Shown piece by piece: positions 7,195 through 17,341 of a stretch of DNA of 64,000 bases; the first letter of the stretch is position 1; each line of letters begins with the position of its first letter. The notes beneath the pieces are model-generated. The model had not been told where the DNA came from and ran no database searches. It saw nothing but the letters and a program-made list of their open reading frames with translations. Location: the NCBI GenBank assembly GCA_045544675.1, contig JAZPZK010000069.1, positions 89-64,088 of the forward strand, in the 5' to 3' direction. Source of the DNA: Acutalibacteraceae bacterium (GTDB lineage: Bacteria; Bacillota; Clostridia; Oscillospirales; Acutalibacteraceae). A program made the translations under genes and the position numbers.

Positions 7195-9057
7195 TTAAAA
7201 CTCCTTTTTTAAAACAATGGCATCCAATGCACCGATATTCACCTTATTACCCATCATACCGTCGCCGAAAACAAGTCGGCTATTATGCCATTCATCCGGT
7301 AAATAATAGTCAATTTCGTGCTCGTTACGGTTTATAATAACAAGAATTGAGTCTTTTCTTCCTTTTCTTACAAAAGCAAGGCAACCAAGCATTTCAGAAA
7401 GCGTGTAATATTCACCCTCCTTAAGACAATCACATTCACCTCGCATCTTACCAAGAGAAATGTAGTGCTCAAGAAGCTCAGCGTTTTCTTTACCCCACGG
7501 ATAACAGAAACGGTTGAACGGATCCTTATAACCCTGCATACCGGCTTCATCTCCGTAATAAATGCAAGGAACTCCGGGCAATGTGAACTGTATAACAGAA
7601 GCAAGCTTCACAAGATTAACGCCTTTTTTATATTGTTCATCGGTAAGGTGAGTTCTGCTTTGCCAATCTCTGTCGCGGTATTCACAGCTTTCACCTGCAA
7701 GCTGGGTTATTGCACGCATAGTATCGTGCGTACCTATATGATTCATCAATACATCAACACAGCATTTCGGGTAATTTTCAAGTATTGTGAGTATCTTATC
7801 GGAAAAGCCCTCTACTATACCTGATCTGATAAAACTGATAATTGCCTCAGCAAAAGGATAATTCATAACGCTGTCGAGCTGTTTGCCGCCAAAATATCTT
7901 CTTCTTTCACCGTAGCTGAATTTATTTGATGCATCTTCCCATACTTCACCGAGCACAAGTGCTTCAGGATTTTCACTTTTTACAGCTTTTCTGAATTCAT
8001 CAAGAAAAACATCGGGAAGCTCATCTGCAACGTCGAGACGCCATCCTCTGGCGCCTGCCTTGAGCCACTTTCTCGCAATACCATTTTCACCGGCAATGTA
8101 GCTTATGAAATCGGGTGATTCTTCTATCACCTCAGGCAATATGCTTATCCCCCACCATGAATGATATTTATCAGGAAAGTCGATAAATTTATACCACTTA
8201 TGATAAGGTGATTCGGTAGACTGGTAAGCTCCGAGAGTATTATATCTGCCATATTTATTGAAATATTTACTGTCGTCACCGGTGTGGCTGAAAACACCGT
8301 CAAGTATTATCGAAATACCGAGCTTCTCAGCATCGGCACAAAGCGCTCTGAAGTCCTCTTCCGTTCCGAGAAGCGGGTCTATTTTTTCATAGTCAGCCGT
8401 ATCATATCTGTGATTGCTGTTCGCCTCAAAAATAGGGTTAAGATAAAGGCAAGTAACACCAAGGCTCTTTAAATAGCCGAGTTTTTCTTTAATTCCCTTA
8501 AGGTCTCCCTGAAAATAATCGTTGTTAAGGACCTTTCCTTCGGGTGTCGGCTTCCAATAAGGCTCGTTTTCTCTGTCTGTTCTGAGAATACGTCCATCAG
8601 GTATATTTTGCTTTACAGCACCCGAAAAATTGAATCTGTCGGGAAAAATCTGATAGAATATGCCACCCTTAAGCCATTCCGGAGTTCTGAATTTTTTGTC
8701 GTAGACGGTAAGCTGCCAGTCAAGGCTGCCCTTTGACAAAACTCCGAGACAATCACCGTTGTGTTTAATTGTCATCCTGCCCCAGGGAGTATCAAACTGA
8801 AAATGATAAAAGTATATATCAGGTTCACCTACGGTATAGCCAAGAGCCCACCATTCCTCATTATCACCCTGCATAGAAAGCCATTTAAACGGTTTATATT
8901 CATAATCACCTTTGTCGCTTTTTATAACAAGATAAACTGTGGAGCATTGCAGGCTACGCGGCAAAACTACCTTGAAAACGATATTTTCACCGTTCGTTGC
9001 AGCTCCGAATTTGCTTTTATGTATTGTATTGCGGGAATTGTATGCTATGTGTTCCAT
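7195..9057 (-). CDS. GH13 alpha-glucosidase/neopullulanase-type glycoside hydrolase
   Basis: GH13 conserved regions DGVFSHT, GWRLDVADE, EVWE, NHIGTHD. Confidence 0.9.
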   Translation of the reverse strand: MEHIAYNSRNTIHKSKFGAATNGENIVFKVVLPRSLQCSTVYLVIKSDKGDYEYKPFKWLSMQGDNEEWWALGYTVGEPDIYFYHFQFDTPWGRMTIKHNGDCLGVLSKGSLDWQLTVYDKKFRTPEWLKGGIFYQIFPDRFNFSGAVKQNIPDGRILRTDRENEPYWKPTPEGKVLNNDYFQGDLKGIKEKLGYLKSLGVTCLYLNPIFEANSNHRYDTADYEKIDPLLGTEEDFRALCADAEKLGISIILDGVFSHTGDDSKYFNKYGRYNTLGAYQSTESPYHKWYKFIDFPDKYHSWWGISILPEVIEESPDFISYIAGENGIARKWLKAGARGWRLDVADELPDVFLDEFRKAVKSENPEALVLGEVWEDASNKFSYGERRRYFGGKQLDSVMNYPFAEAIISFIRSGIVEGFSDKILTILENYPKCCVDVLMNHIGTHDTMRAITQLAGESCEYRDRDWQSRTHLTDEQYKKGVNLVKLASVIQFTLPGVPCIYYGDEAGMQGYKDPFNRFCYPWGKENAELLEHYISLGKMRGECDCLKEGEYYTLSEMLGCLAFVRKGRKDSILVIINRNEHEIDYYLPDEWHNSRLVFGDGMMGNKVNIGALDAIVLKKEF

Positions 9058-9133
9058 GTAACACCTCTGTGTAATTATTGAAATAGGATTTGCATATTAT
9101 TTTACAAAAAAGATTATGATAGGTGGATTGCTC

Positions 9134-9652
9134 ATGTTTGTTGTATCAATAAAATCAGATAAACTTAAAAAATTCGCAATAATTGCATTGGTGAGTGTAG
9201 TTGCAATAATAGGCGGATTGGTTTATGTATCAAGACAGGAGGTTGTTCCTGCCTCAACTGTCAGCGGTGTGAATATGAAGGCGTCTTCAGCAGAAGAAAG
9301 GATATCATTCTTTTCGCAATTCGGATGGAATGTTAACCCTGACCCGGTTGAGGTAAAGGAGGTTGTGATTCCTGAAGAATTTGACGAGGTATATTCACAG
9401 TATAACGAAATCCAGAAAAAGCAGGGTCTTGACCTCGAAATATATAAAGGCGTACGCGTTAAATCCTGGTCTTATGAAATAACAAATTATCCCGGTTACG
9501 AAAACAGCAACGGTACAATCAGAGGAAACCTGCTGATATATAACGGTGTTGTTGTCGGAGGAGATGTATCAAACATTGAGCTTGGCGGTTTTATGCATAC
9601 ATTCTTTATTCCGTCGGAAGAATCCACTGATCTATTGACTGAAGAAGGTTAA
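9134..9652 (+). CDS. Membrane-anchored hypothetical protein (DUF4830-like)
   Basis: GGTGGA RBS 6 nt before the ATG at 9134. N-terminal TM helix. The 3' end overlaps the hflX 3' end. Confidence 0.6.
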   Translation: MFVVSIKSDKLKKFAIIALVSVVAIIGGLVYVSRQEVVPASTVSGVNMKASSAEERISFFSQFGWNVNPDPVEVKEVVIPEEFDEVYSQYNEIQKKQGLDLEIYKGVRVKSWSYEITNYPGYENSNGTIRGNLLIYNGVVVGGDVSNIELGGFMHTFFIPSEESTDLLTEEG

Positions 9653-10856
9653 TATCCACTATTGCGCGCATATAAAGTCCGTCAGGACGGTATTCTTCAA
9701 ATTCTACGGCACCCTCGTTCCGTATTCTGGCAGCAATAGCACCTGCGCTGAAGGGAATAAGAAGCTCAGCCTTACGTCGTGTCGGCGGAAGCTCATTCAT
9801 CACAGCCTCAACCAATTCTTCGAAGCCTTTCTTCTCAAGAGCAGAAATCATAACTGTTTTTCCGAAGGTACGCATAGAATAAATGTCACCTACAAGGTCA
9901 CATTTATTCATAACAGATATAACCGGCTTACCCTGACAGCCTAATTCATTGAGCAGATTTTTAGTAACCTCAAGATGCTCCGAAGCGTGTTCATCCGATG
10001 CATCACAAACATTGAGAATAACCGTAGCGTGACTAGCTTCTTCAAGTGTTGATTTGAAGGCTTCAACAAGCTTATGGGGAAGCCTTCTGATAAGACCAAC
10101 AGTATCAACAAGCATAACCTGTCTTCCGTCAGGCAGATTCAAGGCTCTTGCCGTAGGATCAAGCGTGGCAAAAAGCTTATTCTGCGCAAGCACACCTGCA
10201 TCGGTAAGCGCATTCATAAGCGTAGACTTGCCCGCATTGGTGTAGCCCACAATGGCGACTGTCTGCACACCGTCCTTTTCGCGGCGCTTGTGCATCTGAT
10301 TACGGCGCTTTTCAAGCTCTTTGAGCTCCTCTTCAAGTTTCTGAACACGCCTTCTTATATGTCTTTTATCACTTTCAAGCTTGGTTTCACCGGGACCTCT
10401 GGTACCGATACCGCCGCCAAGTCTTGAAAGTGACGTACCCTGACCTGCAAGTCGGGGCAACTGATATTTAAGCTGAGCAAGCTCAACCTGAAGCTTACCT
10501 TCACTTGTTCTGGCTCTCATTGCAAAAATATCAAGAATAAGCATCGTTCTGTCAATGACGCGCACTTTAGTCAGAGTTTCAAGATTTCTCTGCTGAGAAG
10601 GAGAAAGCTCACTGTCAAAAATGAGAAGATCAACATCATTGGTCTGACAAAAGGTTATAATTTCGGCAAGCTTTCCGACACCGACAAAGGTAGCTTTCTC
10701 GGGAGACTCCTTTTTCTGTATAACCTTACCGACAACTTCTGCACCTGCAGTTTTTGCAAGCTCTTCGAGCTCATCAATAGATACTTCGGCATCAAAATCA
10801 CCTGTATCAACGCTGACAAGTAAGGCTTTTTCAATTTTAATTTCGTTTTCGTACAT
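9606..10856 (-). CDS. hflX: GTPase HflX
   Basis: HflX N-domain, G1 GYTNAGKST, DTVG, NKCD. Confidence 0.93.
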   Translation of the reverse strand: MYENEIKIEKALLVSVDTGDFDAEVSIDELEELAKTAGAEVVGKVIQKKESPEKATFVGVGKLAEIITFCQTNDVDLLIFDSELSPSQQRNLETLTKVRVIDRTMLILDIFAMRARTSEGKLQVELAQLKYQLPRLAGQGTSLSRLGGGIGTRGPGETKLESDKRHIRRRVQKLEEELKELEKRRNQMHKRREKDGVQTVAIVGYTNAGKSTLMNALTDAGVLAQNKLFATLDPTARALNLPDGRQVMLVDTVGLIRRLPHKLVEAFKSTLEEASHATVILNVCDASDEHASEHLEVTKNLLNELGCQGKPVISVMNKCDLVGDIYSMRTFGKTVMISALEKKGFEELVEAVMNELPPTRRKAELLIPFSAGAIAARIRNEGAVEFEEYRPDGLYMRAIVDINLLQSIDQWILPTE

Positions 10857-10883
10857 AAGAATCTCCCCGATAAATACTGAAAA

Positions 10884-11948
10884 TTATAAAACAATCAGCT
10901 TCTTTTCACAATTAGTAAGATTTATGCACCCTTCATCTGTTACAAGGGCCATATCTTCAATTCTGACACCGAATTCACCGGGAAGATAGATACCCGGCTC
11001 GACTGTAACAATATGTCCCGGAACAAGAATTTCAGAGCTTGAAGGATTAAGGGTGGGCTTTTCGTGAATTTCAACACCGACACCGTGACCTAGACCGTGA
11101 CCGAAATATTCACCGTAGCCTGCATTTCTGATGAGTTCACGTGAGACCTCATCAACATCTCTGCAATGTACACCGGCTCTGATTTTTTCAAGGCCTGCAA
11201 GCTGTGAAGCAAGAACTGTTTCGTACACCTCAGCCTGTTTTGACGATACTTCACCAACCGCTACTGTTCTTGTCATATCAGAATGATAGAAGCCGACGGT
11301 TGCACCGTAATCCATAGTGATAAAGTCCCCTCTTTCAATCTTTTTATCAGAGGGTACACCGTGAGGAAGTGAGCTGTTTTTACCGCTGACTGCAATTGTT
11401 TCAAAGGAAAGTGCATCGGCACCGTTTTTGAGCATAAAGTATTCAAGCTCAAGAGCTACTTCCTTTTCTGTTTTATCAACAGAAATAAAGCCTAATATAT
11501 GATCAAAGGCTTTTTCAGCAATTCTTTGCGCTTTGACAATAAGATCTACCTGCTGCTGATTCTTGATTATTCTGATTTCATCTATCGCTTTATCAAGCTC
11601 ACCGTCACAGATAATTTCTGCAAACTCCATTGCTTTAGTTATTTCAAGGCAACGTGAAACGGTTGTTCTTTCACATTCAAGGTGAAGAGTATTTATGCCG
11701 AGCTTTCTGAGCAGTGCTGCAATATCAACCTTCATATTTTTAAGAAGAAGGATTTCATCACAGGTGGTGATTTTATTCTGTGCTGCTTCAATATATCTGC
11801 TATCGGTCAAGAAGTATGATTTTTCCTTTGTCACAACAAGATAACCGTTTGTTGAGTGAAAAGCTGTGAAATAGGATATATTTTCTTCGCTCATAATAAG
11901 AGCAGCTGAATTATTATCATTAAAAAAGTTTTTGAGGCTTTCAAGCAT
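10884..11948 (-). CDS. M24 family Xaa-Pro aminopeptidase
   Basis: Creatinase/prolidase N-domain plus metal ligands in HGLGHGVGVEIHE and VEPGIY. Confidence 0.9.
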   Translation of the reverse strand: MLESLKNFFNDNNSAALIMSEENISYFTAFHSTNGYLVVTKEKSYFLTDSRYIEAAQNKITTCDEILLLKNMKVDIAALLRKLGINTLHLECERTTVSRCLEITKAMEFAEIICDGELDKAIDEIRIIKNQQQVDLIVKAQRIAEKAFDHILGFISVDKTEKEVALELEYFMLKNGADALSFETIAVSGKNSSLPHGVPSDKKIERGDFITMDYGATVGFYHSDMTRTVAVGEVSSKQAEVYETVLASQLAGLEKIRAGVHCRDVDEVSRELIRNAGYGEYFGHGLGHGVGVEIHEKPTLNPSSSEILVPGHIVTVEPGIYLPGEFGVRIEDMALVTDEGCINLTNCEKKLIVL

Positions 11949-11984
11949 TATTTTTTCCTGCCTTTCAAATAAATATAAATGACA

Positions 11985-12015
11985 AAAATCGCCCGAAAAA
12001 ACTGCGGGCGATTTT
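11985..12015 (-). terminator. Intrinsic terminator after rpsU
   Basis: atcgcccg...cgggcgat hairpin followed by TTTT on the minus strand. Confidence 0.7.
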
Positions 12016-12022
12016 AGTTTGA

Positions 12023-12199
12023 TTACTTAAATTTGCGCTTACGAGCAGCTTCAGACTTCTTCTTTCTTGCTACTGAGGGCTTTTCATAGTGTTCTCTTTT
12101 ACGAACTTCCTGAATAATGCCATCGCGTGAAGTCTGTCTCTTGAAACGTCTGAGAGCGCTGTCGAGTGACTCGTTCTCTTTTACTTTTACCTGACTCAT
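12023..12199 (-). CDS. rpsU: 30S ribosomal protein S21 (58 aa; below the ORF-track cutoff)
   Basis: [69 protein letters not shown]. Confidence 0.95.
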   Translation of the reverse strand: MSQVKVKENESLDSALRRFKRQTSRDGIIQEVRKREHYEKPSVARKKKSEAARKRKFK

Positions 12200-12258
12200 T
12201 TATATTTCCCTCCCTTACCTGTTAGCAGGGGTATATTTCCATTATGGATACGCAGATT

Positions 12259-12287
12259 ATTATACAGTATTAAAATTGACTTGTCAA
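12259..12287 (-). promoter_or_regulatory. Consensus sigma-A promoter for rpsU
   Basis: Minus strand: TTGACA, 17 nt, TATAAT. Confidence 0.75.
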
Positions 12288-12339
12288 GAGAATTTTTTTA
12301 ATATTATACACTCTTTTTGTCTTTTTTAAGTTGTAATTG

Positions 12340-14754
12340 TTATTTTATAACGATATTTACAAGTCTGCCCTTAACATAGAGCTCTTTGATTACAGTTTTT
12401 CCTGCAATTTCCTCAGCAATCTTTTCGTCTGCCTTTGCAGCAGCAATAGCATCCTCGGAGCTGATGTCTGCGGCAACGTTGAGCTTTGCTCTTACCTTAC
12501 CGTTAATCTGAACAACGATTTCAATCGTATCGTCAACACACTTTGCCTCGTCAAATGAGGGCCACTCGGTTACTGCAAGTAAGCCGTCGCCGAATACTGC
12601 CTCGTTGATTTCTTCTGTAACGTGAGGAGCAAAGGGATTGACAAGGAGAAGAAGCGCCTTAAGCTCTGCCTTATTGATTGTACCCTTATTGTAAACTGCA
12701 TTAAGAAGGGTCATAAGAGCCGCAATTGCAGTGTTATATTTGAGAGCCTCAATATCCTCACTTACCTTCTTGATGGTCTTGTGGAATGAGGATGAAAGCT
12801 CTGCTGAGAATTCGTCACCGTCAGTGAGAATTTCCTGAAGATTCCAGATTCTGTCTACAAATCTCTTACAGCCCTTTACGGAGTTTTCTGACCAGGGAGC
12901 TGCCTGCTCGTAGTCGCCCATAAAGAGTACATAAGTACGAAGTACGTCAGCACCGAAAGCATCAACAACCTCGTTGGGGTCGATAACATTACCGCGTGAC
13001 TTACTCATCTTAACACCGTCAGGACCGAGGATAAGGCCCTGAGCAGTACGCTTTGCATAAGGCTCTTCGCAGGGTACTGCACCGATATCGTAAAGGAACT
13101 TATGCCAGAAGCGTGAATATATAAGGTGACGTGTTACGTGCTCCATACCGCCGTTGTACCAGTCAACTGGCATCCAGTATTTAAGCTTTTCCATATTAGC
13201 AAGTTCATTATCGTTATGAGGATCGATATAACGAAGGAAGTACCATGATGAGCCTGCCCACTGAGGCATTGTATCAGTTTCTCTCTTTGCTGCACCGCCG
13301 CACTTGGGACAGCTGCAGTTTACGAAGGAATCAATCTTTGCAAGGGGGCTTTCACCGTCCTGACCGGGCTCAAAGTTTTCAACCTTGGGAAGCTTAAGAG
13401 GAAGCTCTGAATAAGGTACGGCAACCATTCCGCACTTTTCGCAGTGTACGATGGGAATGGGCTCGCCCCAATAACGCTGACGGTTGAATGCCCAGTCCTT
13501 CATCTTATACTGAACACCCTTTTCGCCTATACCCTGCTTTTCAAGCTCAGTGAGTACTCTTGCTATTGAGCTCTTCTTATCCTTATATCCGTTGAGATAG
13601 TCGGAGTTAACCATTTCACCGTCACCGGTATAAGCTTCAACGGAGATGTCTCCGCCCTTGATAACCTCAATAATATCAATGCCGAACTTCTTAGCGAAGT
13701 CGTAGTCACGCTGGTCATGTGCAGGTACAGCCATAATTGCACCTGTACCGTAGCCCATCATAACATAGTCGGAAATGAAGATGGGAATTTCCTTACCGTT
13801 AACGGGATTAATTGCTACAAAGCCTGAAAGCTTTACGCCTGTCTTATCCTTTACGAGCTGAGTACGCTCAAATTCTGTCTTCTTTGCACATTCGTTTCTG
13901 TAATTTTCAACATCTGCGAAGTTCGAAATCATAGCCTGATACTTATCAAGCATAGGATGCTCGGGAGCCATAACCATAAAAGTTACACCGAAAAGTGTAT
14001 CGGGACGTGTTGTGTAAATTCTGAGGGTTTCATCTGTATCCTTGACCTTGAAGTTTACAAAAGCACCTGTTGACTTACCTATCCAGTTTTCCTGCTGAAG
14101 CTTTACATTGGGAAGATAGTCAACGTCCTTGAGGCCGTCAAGAAGCTTGTCTGCATATTCGGTAATACGAAGATACCATACGTCCTTGGATTTCTGTACG
14201 ATGTCGCTGTGGCAGATGTCGCACTTACCGCCCTGAGAGTCCTCGTTTGAGAGAACAACCTTACATGAGGGGCAATAGTTAACGAGAGTCTTGTCTCTGA
14301 AAGCAAGTCCGTTTTCAAACATCTTAAGGAAAATCCACTGGGTCCACTTATAGTAGCCCTCTTCTGTGGTATCAACCACTCTGTCCCAATCGAAGGAGAA
14401 GCCTACTCTCTTAAGCTGCGAGGTGAACTTTGCTATATTATTATCCGTAAGCTGTCTGGGATGGACACCTGTTTTGATAGCTGAGTTTTCTGTGGGAAGG
14501 CCGTACGCATCAAAGCCGATGGGGAAAAGCACGTTATAGCCTTCCATTCTGCGCTTACGTGAAACAACCTCAAGACCTGAATAAGCCTTGATATGTCCTA
14601 CATGCATACCGCTGCCGCTGGGATAAGGGAACTCAACAAGAGCATAGAATTTCTTCTTATCGCTGTTATCCTGAGCACGGAAAACGCCTGCCTGCTCCCA
14701 TTTATCCTGCCATTTCTTTTCTGCGTTTTTAAAATCGTAATACAAATTTATCAC
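12340..14754 (-). CDS. leuS: Leucine--tRNA ligase
   Basis: HIGH-type motif HVGH, KMSKS, CP1 editing domain, 804 aa. Confidence 0.97.
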   Translation of the reverse strand: MINLYYDFKNAEKKWQDKWEQAGVFRAQDNSDKKKFYALVEFPYPSGSGMHVGHIKAYSGLEVVSRKRRMEGYNVLFPIGFDAYGLPTENSAIKTGVHPRQLTDNNIAKFTSQLKRVGFSFDWDRVVDTTEEGYYKWTQWIFLKMFENGLAFRDKTLVNYCPSCKVVLSNEDSQGGKCDICHSDIVQKSKDVWYLRITEYADKLLDGLKDVDYLPNVKLQQENWIGKSTGAFVNFKVKDTDETLRIYTTRPDTLFGVTFMVMAPEHPMLDKYQAMISNFADVENYRNECAKKTEFERTQLVKDKTGVKLSGFVAINPVNGKEIPIFISDYVMMGYGTGAIMAVPAHDQRDYDFAKKFGIDIIEVIKGGDISVEAYTGDGEMVNSDYLNGYKDKKSSIARVLTELEKQGIGEKGVQYKMKDWAFNRQRYWGEPIPIVHCEKCGMVAVPYSELPLKLPKVENFEPGQDGESPLAKIDSFVNCSCPKCGGAAKRETDTMPQWAGSSWYFLRYIDPHNDNELANMEKLKYWMPVDWYNGGMEHVTRHLIYSRFWHKFLYDIGAVPCEEPYAKRTAQGLILGPDGVKMSKSRGNVIDPNEVVDAFGADVLRTYVLFMGDYEQAAPWSENSVKGCKRFVDRIWNLQEILTDGDEFSAELSSSFHKTIKKVSEDIEALKYNTAIAALMTLLNAVYNKGTINKAELKALLLLVNPFAPHVTEEINEAVFGDGLLAVTEWPSFDEAKCVDDTIEIVVQINGKVRAKLNVAADISSEDAIAAAKADEKIAEEIAGKTVIKELYVKGRLVNIVIK

Positions 14755-14775
14755 TCCGTTTAATTAGTTTATTAT

Positions 14776-15135
14776 TCAGTCCTCTGTAACAACATCGGAT
14801 AAATCAATTTCCTTGGCATCCTGCCAGAGTCTTTCAAGGTTATAATATTCTCTTGTTTCCTCGGTAAAAACATGAACAAGAATACTGTTATAATCAAGAA
14901 GAATCCAGCCTGTAGCTTTGCCTTCAACGTGATAAGGATCAACGCCCTTTTGCTTCATTTCATACTCAACCTCATCTGCAAGTGCCTTGACGTGAGTGTT
15001 TGATGTACCTGAAACAATAACAAAATAATCTGCAACTATTGAATGCTCTGTTATTTCAATAGCCTTAATATCTCTTGCTTTCTTATTATCAAGAATTTTT
15101 ACTATTTCTTTTACTTTTTCAAGCTCTGTCATCAT
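14776..15135 (-). CDS. rsfS: Ribosome silencing factor RsfS
   Basis: RsfS/YbeB fold signature (DYFVIVSG...WILLDYNSILVHVF). Confidence 0.92.
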   Translation of the reverse strand: MMTELEKVKEIVKILDNKKARDIKAIEITEHSIVADYFVIVSGTSNTHVKALADEVEYEMKQKGVDPYHVEGKATGWILLDYNSILVHVFTEETREYYNLERLWQDAKEIDLSDVVTED

Positions 15136-15138
15136 ATC

Positions 15139-16308
15139 TTACCTCCCCTTTTGAACAATTAATTCATTATAGTATTCCACGCTATCGGTGTGAATAAGCT
15201 TTTCCTTTTTGGAAAGTGACCTGAACGAAAACTTCAGCGCATAAAGTGCCGCTTCGTCAAGCCCCATATTCATTGAAAGCTCACGCATTACATCAACATC
15301 GTCGTAATCTCTTTCGACAGAGATATAGTCGGCAATATAAACAACCTTTTCAAGCAGGCTCATACATGCTCTGCCCGTTGTGTGGTATCTGACAGCATTG
15401 AGTATATCTCTGTCGGTTATACCCATTTCGAGCCGCAGATAGGCTTCACCTGCCATAGCGTGCCACAGCTTTCTGTTTGCTTTTTCCGTACGGCTAAGGA
15501 TTATACCACCTTTTTCCATAATTTGCAACTGTTCTTCTTCACTCGCATTTTTCATTATATCGTGAACAAGACCTGCAAAATATGCCTTCTCTTCGTCAGC
15601 ACCGTACTTCCTCGCAAGCTCTCTCGCACTGTCGGCAACGTTCAGAGAATGAATGTATCTCTTTTCGATAAGGCGTGATCTGAGAAGCTTTCGCCAAGGG
15701 GTGTATTCGTCGGAATATATCCCGTTTTCGCAGATGTATTTTTCTACTTTTTCAGGTAGAAAAGCACCTGTGCTGTCCCCTTCTCTTATCAGCCTTCTCA
15801 CGTCTGTGGATGAACACTCGAAGGCTCTCATCGATGAAACAATGATATCCTCCCTGTTTAGCTTTAATGCTTCCTCGGCATAGGATAAAAGCTGTTCTGC
15901 CGAGATTTCGTCCTCTCTTGTGGCTACACAAAGAGTAACCTCACTGAGAATATCTTCATATCTGTACCACTTGTCAAAGCTCAGAAGCATATCCGAACCG
16001 ATTATCAGAAACAGCTCATCATCGGGATACTCCTTCTTAAGCTGTGAGACCGTATCGAAGGTATAGCTTTTTCCCTTACGTTTTATTTCAAGGTCGGAAA
16101 CCTCAAAGCGACTGTCACTGAATGCCATTGAGCACATATTCAGTCTGTGCTCTTCGCTTATAAGTCCGCTGTCTGACTTATGGGGCGGCGTCGAGGCGGG
16201 AATAACAATAATTTTGTCAAGACTTGCCGCTTCAAGCATTTCTTCAGCAAGTCTTAAATGTCCTGCATGTGGCGGATTGAATGTGCCGCCGTATATACCT
16301 ATACGCAT
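15139..16308 (-). CDS. nadD: Fusion of nicotinate-nucleotide adenylyltransferase NadD with YqeK-type HD phosphohydrolase
   Basis: N-terminus has GGTFNPPHAGH. C-terminal half has HD-domain motifs (HSLNVA, LVHDIMK). Confidence 0.9.
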   Translation of the reverse strand: MRIGIYGGTFNPPHAGHLRLAEEMLEAASLDKIIVIPASTPPHKSDSGLISEEHRLNMCSMAFSDSRFEVSDLEIKRKGKSYTFDTVSQLKKEYPDDELFLIIGSDMLLSFDKWYRYEDILSEVTLCVATREDEISAEQLLSYAEEALKLNREDIIVSSMRAFECSSTDVRRLIREGDSTGAFLPEKVEKYICENGIYSDEYTPWRKLLRSRLIEKRYIHSLNVADSARELARKYGADEEKAYFAGLVHDIMKNASEEEQLQIMEKGGIILSRTEKANRKLWHAMAGEAYLRLEMGITDRDILNAVRYHTTGRACMSLLEKVVYIADYISVERDYDDVDVMRELSMNMGLDEAALYALKFSFRSLSKKEKLIHTDSVEYYNELIVQKGR

Positions 16309-16712
16309 TACTTTCTGCCCTTTGACACGTTACCGGTAAAACGGAACTTCTTTTTGTTTTCCTTCTTTTCCGCAATAGCCTTTTCTCTTTTGAGTTTGGC
16401 TGCTTTTTTAATATTCTTTTCCTTCTGTGCTGCTTTTTCCTTAAGCTCGGGGCTTTCTCTGTAAAGCACAATAACACCGCCTATAACCTGAATAACCTCA
16501 GCACCTGTAGCCTTTGCAAGCTCGTCGGCTGTTTCTCTCGGTGTTATGGGTGAAGATTCAAGAAGAACCTTTACCTTTATTAGCTCTCTTGCTCTGAGAG
16601 CATCATCTGTCTGCTTAATAAGAGCATCGCTCATTCCACCCTTACCTACATGAAAAAGAGGTTCGAGGTGATTAGCCTGAGCTCTGAAAGCAGCTCTTTC
16701 TTTACCTGTCAT
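16308..16712 (-). CDS. YhbY/CRM-domain RNA-binding protein with a Lys-rich C-terminal tail
   Basis: FHVGKGG CRM motif. AAGGAG RBS before the ATG at 16712. The stop overlaps the nadD ATG (TAATG). Confidence 0.85.
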   Translation of the reverse strand: MTGKERAAFRAQANHLEPLFHVGKGGMSDALIKQTDDALRARELIKVKVLLESSPITPRETADELAKATGAEVIQVIGGVIVLYRESPELKEKAAQKEKNIKKAAKLKREKAIAEKKENKKKFRFTGNVSKGRK

Positions 16713-16732
16713 TTGTATACTCCTTAATTCTG

Positions 16733-17338
16733 TTATATATCTGATGCACCGTCTGCACAAGCAATAAACTTCTCTCTCAATGCCTTGAGTGCATTACCTC
16801 TGTGGCTGACGGCGTCCTTCTCTTCTGCTGAAAGCTCCGCGAAGCTTTTATCACCGACCATAAAAAGAGGGTCATAGCCAAATCCGTTGCAGCCTCTTTT
16901 TTCATAGCCTATCCAGCCCTCGCATCTGCCCTCTGCGGTAATTTCCTTACCGTCGGGAAAGCTTACACAGATTGCACACTCAAAGCGTGCCGTTCTTTTC
17001 TCTGTCGGTACTGACTCAAGGTTTCTGAGAAGCTTTTGATTATTGCCTTCATCATCGCCGTGCTCACCGCTGTATCTTGCGGAAAATACGCCCGGCTCAC
17101 CGCCTAAAGCATCAACACAAAGTCCGCTGTCATCGGCTATGCAGGGAAGACCGCTTTCCCTACAGCCGCTTTCGGCCTTTATACGGGCGTTATCGAGAAA
17201 GGTCTCTCCGTTTTCCTCTGCCTCGGTAAGGGTAAAGCCTAAATCTGTATCGGTAACTACCTCGTAACCCATAGGTCCGAGGATTCTTGCCATTTCCGTA
17301 AGCTTATGCATATTATGTGTAGCAATAAGGATTTTCAT
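16733..17338 (-). CDS. rdgB: RdgB/HAM1 non-canonical purine NTP pyrophosphatase
   Basis: IATHNMHK, FGYDPLF, SHRG motifs. Confidence 0.92.
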   Translation of the reverse strand: MKILIATHNMHKLTEMARILGPMGYEVVTDTDLGFTLTEAEENGETFLDNARIKAESGCRESGLPCIADDSGLCVDALGGEPGVFSARYSGEHGDDEGNNQKLLRNLESVPTEKRTARFECAICVSFPDGKEITAEGRCEGWIGYEKRGCNGFGYDPLFMVGDKSFAELSAEEKDAVSHRGNALKALREKFIACADGASDI

Positions 17339-17341
17339 CTC

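Noticed and set aside
14755-14775. A T-box leader upstream of leuS
   Set aside because: Only 21 nt separate leuS from rsfS, which leaves no room for a T-box. leuS appears to be co-transcribed with the upstream genes.
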